Shown: piece by piece, positions 50,101 to 61,044 of the stretch
Layout: every line of letters starts with the position of its first letter
Position numbering within the stretch: the first letter of the stretch is position 1
NCBI GenBank assembly: GCA_964247055.1
Contig: OZ176056.1
Span: 2,418,001-2,482,000 of the forward strand
Source of the DNA: Paragordius varius
Taxonomy: Eukaryota; Animalia; Nematomorpha
Reading direction: 5' to 3'
Length of the DNA stretch: 64,000 bases
Program-made: the position numbers and the translations under genes
The notes under the pieces: model-generated
The model's input: the letters and a program-made list of their open reading frames with translations, nothing else
Database searches by the model: none
Told to the model about the DNA's origin: nothing

Positions 50101-53055
50101 ATAGCCTTTTGTGGGCTTCCCTGGGATATAATGACATCACCTAGGTAAACAAAAGAGTCTACCAATTCGATGTAATATCCATCAATGTTAAGTAGCTTTG
50201 GTCGATTAAAATTATTATTACTTGGGTCTAAGCAATTTAAACATTTAAAACTTATTACATTTGTTAGTTTGTCTTTTATTTTAAAGCATTTGTGTATCCA
50301 CATTTGACATATATGCCTTACTGCAAACAGAACAGGGGTATCTGGGTGTTTCACTTTCGCTCGTTATCATTATTTTTGTTTTTGTGGCGTTTTTAATCAT
50401 TCCATATTGTTCAAGGCATTTCTTCCACTTGGTATAGTTGTTTATCAGTTGATCCCATGATCGTGTCGTTATCACGAGGTCGTCGGCGAATAACATTTCC
50501 CAAGGGCATTCAGTTCTTATGTCTTGCGTTGCCGCATCCATTATAGTTATAAAAAGGAGTGGACTTAGGACTGAACCCTGATGTAGTCCAGCGTTGGTTG
50601 GGAAATTGTTTGTATTGCCGATATTGGTTTTAGCGTTGGTTGTTGTATTTTTATAGAGTAATAATAAGATTTACGTAGTGCACATTGAATTGTGGAGCGT
50701 GGTATTTGCTCAAACGCACTTTCAGATCTACAAAGACATGGTATAGCTTTTGTTTCTTTTCCAGATATCTTTCTTGTAAGCGTCTTAGGACAAACAAGGG
50801 ATCTATTGTGCTACTGTTTGGACGGAATGTCTGATTCGAATCTATGTTTATATGTTTTCTCAGCCTGTTTTCTAATATATTTTCGAAAATTTTCAGTGTG
50901 TGTTCTAGTAGTTTTAAAGGTCTGTACGACGATGTTTTTAGTCGATCGCCTTTATTTTTATAAATGGAGATTATTATGCTGTTCTTCCAATCGCTGGGAG
51001 TTTGGTTTGTAATTATTATTTAGTTAAAGAGTTTTGTCAGATACTCTGCAGTGTTTTTGATGGGTCGAATGAAGTCGACTGAAAGGCTGCTTGGGCCTGG
51101 AGCTTTGTTACTTTTTAATTTATTGATTGCAGTTGTGACTTCATCCATGGTGATTTCTTGTATGGGACCATCTACTGGTGAAACCGTGCTAAATTGTTTG
51201 GTCGGGTTTACTTGGTTGAGTTGTTTTTCTGAATTCGTTTTCCAAATTTCTTTGACTTTCGAGGGATTCGTTATTATATTATAATTATCTTTATTACATT
51301 TTATGGTTGTAACATCTTTATTACTATTGTTAAGGTTTTTGAGTCTTTTAAAAATCGTTTGGTTTTAAAAGTCTTTTCCTAAACTTTCAGCGATTTTAAC
51401 GGATTTTTCATTCATAGCGTGTCGAATGGCCTTTTGGACCTCTTTTTAAGAAAAAAACCAACCGCATATAACATATAATTCTGGTGACCACTCATCTATG
51501 ATAGACTTAATATTAATTCCAAAAAACATTAGGAAACATCTAAAAAACATCAAAACTTACTATATCTCTTACCAACACAAGCTAATAACAGCATTTCTAA
51601 TCATTAAGAAAAGCCGTAAGACTGCATTCCAACCTCAAAAAATAAATATAACAAAGTTAAAGGATCCAAAATTATTAACCGAATATACCAAAAAAACAGA
51701 GTTACATATACACGAACAAAACAATGTTGAAACTCTATGGAAAAATTTTAAAAGCACAATTCCAACATCTGCCAAAAAACACTGCGGCTTTACTAAACCA
51801 ATGAGACAACGGAAAAGCTGGTGGTGGAAAAATGAAATAAAACCATTGTTGCGTGAAAAATAAGCATACAAAAAATGGAAAAGTTCCAAAAATAATGATG
51901 ATAAAAAAGTTTATGATGATAAAAAACGAGAGGTCCAAAAGGCCATTCGACACGCTATGAATAAAAAATCCGTTAAAATTGCTGAAAATTTAGAAAAAGA
52001 CTTTAAAAACCAAACGATTTTTAAAAGACTTAAAAACCTTAACAATAGTAATAAAGATGTTAAAACCATAAAATGTATTAAAGATGCGAATGATAATATA
52101 ATAACGAATCCCTCGAAAGTCAAAGAAATTTGGAAAATTCCTTATCCATGTAGAATTGTAATTAAAGAAATCGGTTTTAATAAAATATTTCTCATAAAGG
52201 CTATTTTGCACAAATATAAAGGTAAAAAGAATTGACTCATTCTATTAAAGTTGATCTGAATTTTAATGTAATAAAAAATATGTCTAATAAGAATATAGTT
52301 ATTTAAATGCCAATTATAACGGTCAGAAAACAATAAAAAAAAGATACGGAAAAAATGTAAAATATAAAAGGCATATATTTTTTTCTATACCTGTATAAAC
52401 TTTGTTTCAACATATATTATACAATCAAGATTATGATGAGGATGTTACCGTATTTCTATTTTTGATTTAAAAAATACGGTTGTTTAATACTATGCTTGGT
52501 TTTTAGGAGCGTGTGGTCCGTATAACATTTTTTACTAGTTATTAATATTAAAAAATCCACAAAGATAGGTTATAAAAAAATAGTTTTAAAACTATAGTTG
52601 ACTTATGCTTGTCTTTTAATATATTTAGTTTTAATCCGCATAATACCAATTTTAACTAACCGGTATAATTTATAGAAAATATTCACATCTAATGCCATAA
52701 AAAGACGAATTACATAAAAAAACACAAGATTTTAAAACTATGTATAGTTGTTTTTGTTCGTAAAATTTTATTTTAAATCAAAAAATATTTTTCTTTTTTT
52801 TGTATATAGAAAACATTCAACCGACCCAATCTGTGCCTAGGATATGTTTTAATATTTCATTACACCTGCATGGTTTTTATGATTGGTGCCATTATCTTTA
52901 ATCGACATTGGAATCGTGTGCTATCCCTGGGATTAATCCTATTTTGCAATTATTACCTAAACTTTAAAATGGTTAGAGAATTTATTGCTTTACAAAAGCT
53001 GTCCACATATTTGGATTCGAAACCATGTTGTTATACGGATAAAAAAATTGATTGA
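46028..53055 (+). CDS. TMEM39: TMEM39 family ER membrane protein, about 382 aa (start at 46028 or 46061)
   Basis: Exons 46028-46219, 46250-46333, 46363-46490, 46514-46646, 46668-46805, 47226-47386, 48711-48777, 52810-53055 (1149 nt, in frame). Motifs [58 protein letters not shown]. Exons 6-7 are less certain. Confidence 0.8.
47560..48150. repeat. Degenerate 21-nt-period inverted arms related to MITE family A in a TMEM39 intron
   Basis: TTCAAGTTGGTCCTTAAACAC-type units at about 47575-47665 and their reverse complements at about 48005-48145. Confidence 0.5.
49600..52136 (-). mobile_element. RTE-type LINE in the last TMEM39 intron: RT part on the minus strand (49600-51443) plus an inverted 5' segment on the plus strand (51444-52136)
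   Basis: Minus strand: FVDLKVRLS (FVDLEKAFD-like), [25 protein letters not shown]...WIHKC...[21 protein letters not shown]. Plus strand: [17 protein letters not shown] (APE C-terminus) and WWWKNEIK. Confidence 0.88.
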
Positions 53056-53143
53056 ATAGTGTAAATATGGTGTATTGCAAATAAATTTAATTTATTAACT
53101 ATTTTATGAATAATGTGGTGATAAATCGGCCGTTTCATACACG

Positions 53144-53537
53144 TTAAAATTGGATCATTTGTCCCTGAAATAATTAACAAAACAAATTTAACTTTTTTCT
53201 TTTTATCTCCACCAATTTCAAAATGTTTACAACGCTTAATTTTAAGTTGCTTCTTGACTTTACATTTAGTGCATTCCATTCTTAACACAATTTTTTTCGT
53301 TGTTTTTGCCTTAAAAATTTAAAAAATGCCAAACCTTTTTCCTGAAAATAGGTTTGGTTTGTCCACCATAACCTTTTTGTTTGCGATCATACCTCCTCCT
53401 ACCTTATCAGATTAAATAAAAAAATAACCTTGAGAATGGACATTTTCTTTCCCTTTTTTGTATTGGGTTATTTTCTGAACTGTATGGCATTTGCACTTTT
53501 GACAATAGGTCCTACGAGCTTTCGGCACATTAACCAT
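53144..53537 (-). CDS. RPL36A: 60S ribosomal protein eL42 (L36a/L44), 104 aa
   Basis: Exons 53429-53537, 53335-53402, 53193-53309, 53144-53164 give [12 protein letters not shown]...[35 protein letters not shown]...[21 protein letters not shown]. Introns are 26, 25 and 28 nt. Confidence 0.97.
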
Positions 53538-53649
53538 ATTTCTACAAGAAGTGAGAATAACCAAAAAATGTGTGAATGTGATTATATAAATTTTATTTAT
53601 TTTTTGATTCACAATTCGGTGATATTTAACACTTGGATACAACACATTC

Positions 53650-54210
53650 ATTTTAGTCCTTCGATTCAAATTGGGGTAGTTAAATACCCCAGGCCTGTTT
53701 AAAATTAAATTCTTTAAAAAATATGGAAGGAATCGAAACTATGGCAAAATTTTGCACGCATATAACATTAATAAACCGAAATATATAAAAAATTTTATTC
53801 AAAAATACGTGATATTACTTTTTTTAAGCTAAAACCGAAAGGTTAAATAGTCAACGTGACATGTGTGCAATGGTAAAATTAAAAAATAATGCAAAATAAA
53901 CCGTTTTTTTATTTTTATTAATGTTAGATGTAATTTAAATAAAAAAATTAGCTTTAATTCTACCCTTAAAATTGAATAAAGACGATATTTAAAAATTTTG
54001 TAAAATAAAAATGGCGGCCAAGTAGTTTGACATGGAACTTTTTTTTCAAAACAAAATTTTATTTAGATATTTTGGCATATTTATATAATTTTTATTAGAA
54101 TACAAGCATAAATTTAAATTGGGACCGTTTCCTTCAGTAGTTTTTTTAAAAATCCTGAATCAAATTTAGTCTGGGGTATTTTAATACCCCAATTTGAATC
54201 GAAGTGTTAA
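53650..54210. mobile_element. TTAA-type MITE immediately upstream of RPL36A
   Basis: Terminal inverted repeats CTTCGATTCAAATTGGGGTA(G)TTAAATACCCCAG / CTGGGGTATTTTAATACCCCAATTTGAATCGAAG. Second copy at 13278-13810. Confidence 0.75.
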
Positions 54211-55558
54211 AATATAATATGTAAAAAACATATATTTTAATCCCTAATTATTAAATTTACTGACGTGAAGATAATCTTTTAATTTGGTATATTAAAATTT
54301 TGTCTATAATTTTTAATTTGTATATTATGAACAACTTAATCGAGTACAGCAATTTTGCACATTGTCCATATAAATAGCCTAAAAAATGTATATTTTGATA
54401 GGAAAATGCATCAAGATTATCATGGTGATTTTGGTTATGGCCTTTACGAATCATAAAAAGTTATTGCATATTTAAAAGTCTTCCATATCAGTAAATAGAA
54501 TTTGCGAAAACTTTTTAATAAAAGTCTGATGAGAGCCAAATGCTTCCTTACAAATTTTCAAAACTATATTATTAACTGCATATTAAAAGGAAAACTATAT
54601 TACAAAATTAACCTATAGAAGAGTGCTCCGTAAAGTCTCATAATTTTTTGATCTTCTAAAAATTTTTTTTAAATAATAGCAAAAATATTGGGATTACTTG
54701 AAAATTTTTAATAAACGCCAAATGCATCTTTCCAAAAATCTAATTTTTCTCAATATTTTTCTGAATCGCAATTCATCTATTTTGATTTTTCATGGAAACA
54801 ATATAAAATCGTTTTATATTTTAAAGGGTTTTTCTATGATATTTGATGAATTTTTCCATAGAGTTTTGATTAGAATTATTGTTAGTCTTCAAATATTTGA
54901 TAAAAATAAATGTTTTTATGAAAATTCACCAAAACTTAAATCTTTAAAAATCTGAAGCGATCGTTCATCGTTGAATTATACTGAAAAGTGTTTTTATTTT
55001 GTCCTAAAGCCTTTTTTATGCCGTTTCCATCATGCTTCAAAATAGTATCAAGTACCCTACAGCATAATTTTGATAAAAATTAAAACTAATTCTAGTTAGA
55101 TATTTCGGCTAATTCATATTATTTTTATTTGGCTAGACTAAAGACATAAATTTAAATTGAACCGTTCTTCCCAGATTTTAAAAATATCCACTTTAGTTTG
55201 GGGAATTTAGAGAGTTCAATTTGATTTAAAGTTTTAATATCATTTATAGCAAATTTTTGGTGAAAGATTTAATAGAGAAACAGTAATAAATTATTAAAAA
55301 TTACAAAATATAAATAAAACTTTAATTTGCAATTTACAAGCCGGTTGAATTATTTTTTCCCAAATTCAGAGGAATCATATATCATTGGTATTTTAAGAAC
55401 ACCATTCTTAAAACTTAATTACCTTTTCACTTTTTTGTCCTAGTTTACCTTTTGGTGTATTATCCTAGAGCCTAATTTTGCAAATCAATTATAGTATTAT
55501 AACTTATTATATATTAATTATCAACAATAAAACGCGATTGAAACGAACAGCTCAAATA

Positions 55559-55867
55559 TACCATTTACAATTCAATTCAACAATTAAAATTCACCCTTAA
55601 ACAATTTAAATTCACCCTATAAATAAATTATGTGTTTTCGAAGTAATATAACTCATCATTAAAAAGAATATTTTTATGGCATAGTTTATTATTTTTTCAG
55701 TATTATATAAATTTTATACGTAATTTTATTTTTTAAAATATAAAAACGTTTTTAATCTAAAAAAAAGACATAAATTATTTTAGGGAGAATTTGAATTGTT
55801 TATGGGTGGATTTGTATTGTTTAAGGGTGTTTAATTGCTAAGGGTAAATTTGAACTGGTAAATGGTA
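55559..55867. mobile_element. MITE family A copy
   Basis: TACCATTTACAATTC ... GTAAATGGTA. Confidence 0.75.
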
Positions 55868-57113
55868 TATATCAAGTTTTGGCTGGTAAAATTTAATGTG
55901 AAAACCTCTCTAAGTTAATTATTTATATTTAACCTGCCTGTTGCATTAGCGATTTAAAAAATTTATAGAAAAAATGGCAGCAAAATAGATCAGGTTTATT
56001 TCAATTTTACATTTTTTTAAAATAGATTCTATCATGCGCCAAATGGCTCGGCTTAATACCTCTACTTTTTAATCGAATTTTAAATCGCTCCATGCTATAA
56101 AACTAGCCCAAAGATAATGGAATGTTATTTCTATAAATTATTATTTTGTTGGCATCACACATGATTTATTCTCTAAATTTTATAGATATTGTTTTATAAA
56201 TAAAATTTAGCATTTCTGCTTTAAAATCACCTCCAAAAAATCGGACGAACACCATATTTTTATAGAAAATAGTAAACTTATTCGCTAGATTGGTGAAAAT
56301 GCGTCGGTAAGTATAACCACCAAATAGTTATAAACACAGTAAAATAAATCTTAGTAGTAAGCGTGGAAAAAATACAGTTTTTCCGATTTTAATAATTTTT
56401 TATTAATTCATGCATTATTTTTTTTTTATCGGTCTGCACGATTATTTGAAACGAATATTTGTCCCGTAAAGTTATTTGTGTGTTATGACATCTGGTCTAC
56501 AATATGATAAAAAATTTTGTGTATTTGATTTGCGTTTAAGACGTTATATTCTGGTAAATTACCCAATTTAGTATTTCTTCTTTCACTTTTTTGTCCTAGT
56601 TCACATTTTGGGGTAGTTTTATATCCTAGAGTTCAATTTTGTAATAAACTTTAATTTTATGTGTTACTTTAGTTTATTAAACATTGTTCTCTGCAATAAA
56701 AAAGCTTGTATTTTTTACAGTTTTGCGACTTCTAGATTCCTAAAATTCCGATATCCCCAAGATTAAAACGAACAGCTGATATTAAATCAAATATCAGGTT
56801 TTTCCGGTAAAATGTAGAGTGAAAACTTTTTGAGGTAATAATTTACATTTTCTAATCATATAATTTATTTTCCTGTGTATTAGCGATTTAAAAAAAATAA
56901 TGACTACAAAAAAGTTTAAAATGAAATTACAATTTTACATCTTAAAAAAATTATATTATGCGCCTAAAAGGCTAATGAAGGCATATTTTTGAATTCGGCT
57001 TAATATCTTAAATAATTTTTAAGATACTCAAATTTCAAATCGCTCTGGGATATAAAACTACCCCAAATGGTTATGGAGTATTAATACGCTCTAAAATTTA
57101 TTTTATATGAAAT

Positions 57114-60100
57114 TTATAGGGGAAAATATAAAAAAACAGATAATAATAAGGATATAATAAATATGAGATTCGGGGTTATTTGTTGTAAGTTTATTGCATT
57201 ATTGATTATCGGTTCATAGCGCTTCCATACCTCAGCGTGATTGCCTATTCGCCTTGGATCAAAACATGAGGTCTCATTTTCATCTACATACACGTATCTA
57301 ATTTTTTTTTAAAAAAAATTATGACAATCGATAAATTTTATTTAACTGTTAAATTGAAAAAGTATACGGACAAAACGTGATTTTAACCTTGTTTTTTTAA
57401 AAAAAATTAAAATTACAATTGAAATTATAAAATTAATTGTGTTACCATAAATTATTGTATACTTTGCTTAAGTTTTGTTTTAAAAATCATGTATAAACGG
57501 TGGTTGTCTTTTAAAATAAAATTGCCAAAAAATTATGACAATCGATAAATTTAATTGTTTAACTGTAAAATTGAAAAAGTATAACGGACAAAACGTAATT
57601 TAAACCTTGATTTTTTTAAAATTAAAATTACAATAGAATTTATATATGATTGTGTTACCAATATAAAATTATGTTACATACTTTGCTTTTCATAACAATA
57701 AGTTTTAACTTAAAAAATCATTTTGGTGGTTGACTTTTAAATAAACTTGTCCTTTTTACTTTTTATCCGTATTTTTTTATATACAAATCATTTCTCTTTT
57801 AAATAGTCAAATTAAGTTATTTTTAAAATTTTTTTATATCATATAGTTTTGGTTCTTCAAGAACAGATTCGGTCACAATCCCTAATGAAGTGATGTTACC
57901 TGTTACGATTTAAGGCTCAAAAAATGGTAAAATATCTATTGATGAGTTTTTGTTACAAATGCTAATATATTTTAATATGGCTACACTTATTTTATAAGGA
58001 AAAAAATCTGTTTGGCATCAAACCATTATAGAACAGGCTTGTTTCCCAATATTCTTTTAAACTCATATCTTTACATATTATTGTGCTTATCTATTGGATT
58101 TATTTCTTTTAATCATGTGTTTTTGTGGAGTAAAAACTTGTTTAGTAGATATTGATCAACAGCTCGTATCATATAATTCTTTGCCTAATTCGGAGTTAAT
58201 ACATATTTTCCCTAAAAAATATATTTTAAATTTTGTAAAACAAAGTTTTACAGCTATAACCATAAAAAATATCTGTATTTTAAATATAAGGTTAGGAAAC
58301 GCTAAAAAATGGAGGAATCGTCATGTCATATGCTATCAAACAATGTTTTAATATTAAAAATAAGAAATTGAATTTTAATAGCAAAAAAAACCTAGAACCC
58401 CAAAGCGTATTGCACAAATGTTGAGCGTCCCTGTAGATTTCACCAAATTTTCGGCATTTATGATTGGAACACATTTGTCTATCGGTTAAAGCAAACATTT
58501 TCCGAAAGGCGAAATCGCCCAACCAATTCCCAGACTGAGTGCAGGATCGTTCAAAGAAACAAGAGGTATACCATTCCTCACAAAAGGATGAACAGAGCGG
58601 GACCTCTAAATATATACGTGGACAAATAAAATTGTACCCGAATTATACCAAATAATTTTTTTAGGAATAATATCAATGACATTAGGGTTAAAAAGTTGTA
58701 CTATCACCGTTTTTAAACTACATTTATCCATTTAAGTTTTATTTATTGAGCCCTAAATTTACTGTAATAATGTTTTGAATCTAGGGGTGTCCAATATGCC
58801 ACCCGCCGATAGATTATGTGCGGCCCGCAAAAAATCGGAGATCCATAATTTGTGAAAATATGCCGACGAAATCTTAGCAAAATTGAATATTTCATGACCA
58901 AATTTTTTGAAAAAGTCGTCGATGGCAACGTATTCGAAAAAATGTAAAATTGTGTTTGCATTTTACAGTCTTTGAATTCAATTAAAAATTTCTTACGGCC
59001 CATGCATATAGTAAAAATTAAAATTATACGGGTAAAACCAACAAATATACAGACAAAATAATTTTTTAAAAAACAACCATCTTTTTAAATCTTGATTATT
59101 TTCAATATAACTGATTATATCAATAGAAAATATATCAATTACAGATGTAAATAAGAGATGCCATCAATTTTATATATTACAGTGATAGGTAAACATTTTA
59201 TATAAGTAATATTAAGGTTTGAAAAAAGTATAATTGTCTTTTAAAAAAAAATATTTGTCTTTAAATTTTTACCTTTTGTCCGTATAATTTTAATTTTTAC
59301 TATATTTCAAATGCGGCCCACTTACCCTTTTGTGTTGGATTCCCCTGATTTAAACAATTAAAATTACTTTTTACATCCCCTTCTAGTGTACCAATCTTCC
59401 GCGGGTTTGAAACAACAAAGAATAGAGAAATATGGGGGGAACATTCATAAAAACATTCGAGATCAGCCATGATTGCATTACACCGAGGGCGCATATCTCC
59501 ACACAAATTCCAACGAATATAATTGTGAGATCGTATCTATTTTATTTGTCAAAATAAATTTTTATTTTCCCATCTTTTTACTTAATTTATTGTCCAAATT
59601 TATTATCAAGAATATAAAGTGCTCTTTTTTTATAATATTTAATTTATAATCCTATTTCATTTAAATGATGTGAATAGAACGAAAGTATTGCGATAAGGTT
59701 AAAATTTTTTATAACGAAACCGCATTCATAAAAATTATGCAGTAAAAAATTAAACGTATATTTAAAATACAATAAAAAGGTAAAAATAAAAGCTTTATAT
59801 ATTGAAATTATAAGAGCTATCTCATCTACCATCACATACGATAATATGTATATATAGATTCAGATCCAAGTCGATTTATAATTTCTTAAGCGGTTATGCC
59901 GGTTATATATTTTTTATCAGTGCAAAATAAAACCTTACTTACAACAATTAAAATGACAATTAAATATAATTAAAGTTTTTTGTCGCTCAACTAATTAAGT
60001 ACACAAAATATATGAACATTTCATTAATTTATCACAATCCTAACCCTAAAGATATAAAAAAGGGTAAAAAAGTGAATTTTTCATAAAAATACCAAGTCTT

Positions 60101-61044
60101 TTTCTACGTTTTGACTTTATGACTACAAATTTTACTGTATTTTTACTGTATGTATATTATTGGCTTACCGGTAACATAAGTTCATCTGATTGTTGTACCG
60201 AGCAACAAGATTGATTTGCGTATAAATTACAAGCTTCCATACCGTATACCCTTCGGGGGCTCATAAAAATTGGGTATGGGTTTGTCACCGTCGGATTGCT
60301 AAATGCAACTTTAGGTTGAAACAGTACAGATCTTTCATCCTTTAAAGAGTTTTTTCTTTGCAATAAAGTTGAATGTTCATATCCTTGAGTTTGTTGTTTT
60401 GCACGTTGATGAGCTAATGATTGAAGGTAGAGAGATTTTTTCATACCTAGGCTACTATACCAGCCTGTGTATTGATTTTGATAATTATTATCTCTATTTA
60501 GTAAGCCGTCAACCGGATTTATATGGTTTATTAAGGCGGGGTTATAACGTACCTCTAACGGATTCATTTGATAATTGGCTTGACTCCTTATAATTTGATT
60601 GTAATATGGATGAATTAGGCATTTTAAATCATTACCATCGTTTTCCACACTCTGTACTGGAGTGCGTAGATCTGAAGTTCCAAAATAATTAGAATAAGCT
60701 TTAGGTAAACCAATATACGTAGCATCGAATTTAGGGCGAGTCACAAAAAGTTTATCGTATTCAAGAGCTTTCCTATCATGATAAGATACCGGATATATAT
60801 TATCATTTACACTTAAGTTGATATTATTTTGATATAGAGGAATGAAGCTTTTGGTAAAAAATGGCCTCTCTGCAACGTTATTTTGAGGGAAGGGTTTAAT
60901 ATTGTTAAAATTTTGAGATGTCTGAACATTTTGTTTAGCAAAATATTTTCCTGTTAAAACTAGAAAAACTATAATCCTGATTGGATAAAATTTAATCCAT
61001 GGAATTGCAAAGGTAATGGATTCATAAAAATTTGTAGCACACAT
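57114..61044 (-). CDS. Folate-receptor/riboflavin-binding-protein family protein with N-terminal signal-like segment, long polar insert and C-terminal GPI-type hydrophobic tail, about 484-494 aa
   Basis: Exons 60169-61044, 59326-59536 (probably split by a 30-nt intron at 59345-59374), 58392-58605, 57114-57297. Motifs ACNLYANQSCC, RWNLCG, ECFYECSPH, VPLCSSFCEEWYTSC, GNWLGD, LCNTLWGS; ends LIFIISLLLSVFLYFPL*. Confidence 0.88.
57315..57760. repeat. About 213-bp direct tandem duplication of a MITE-B-related sequence
   Basis: AAAAATTATGACAATCGATAAATT...GAAAAAGTAT(A)ACGGACAAAACGT occurs at about 57315 and 57528. Confidence 0.75.
59008..59303. mobile_element. MITE family B (TA-flanked, (T/C)AGTAAAAAT termini; Tc1/mariner-like)
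   Basis: TATAGTAAAAATTAAAATTATACGG ... CCGTATAATTTTAATTTTTACTATA. Half-copies near 4080, 5490, 7900-7985, 11220, 23500, 31240-31310 and 39330-39400. Confidence 0.75.

Noticed and set aside
54257-54454. Small ORF or exon-like patch beyond the RPL36A-upstream MITE
   Set aside because: No homology recognised and no consistent splice path on either strand.
54526-54560. Another CTGATGAG, a possible third hammerhead
   Set aside because: No stem II followed by GAAA and no closing stems I or III.
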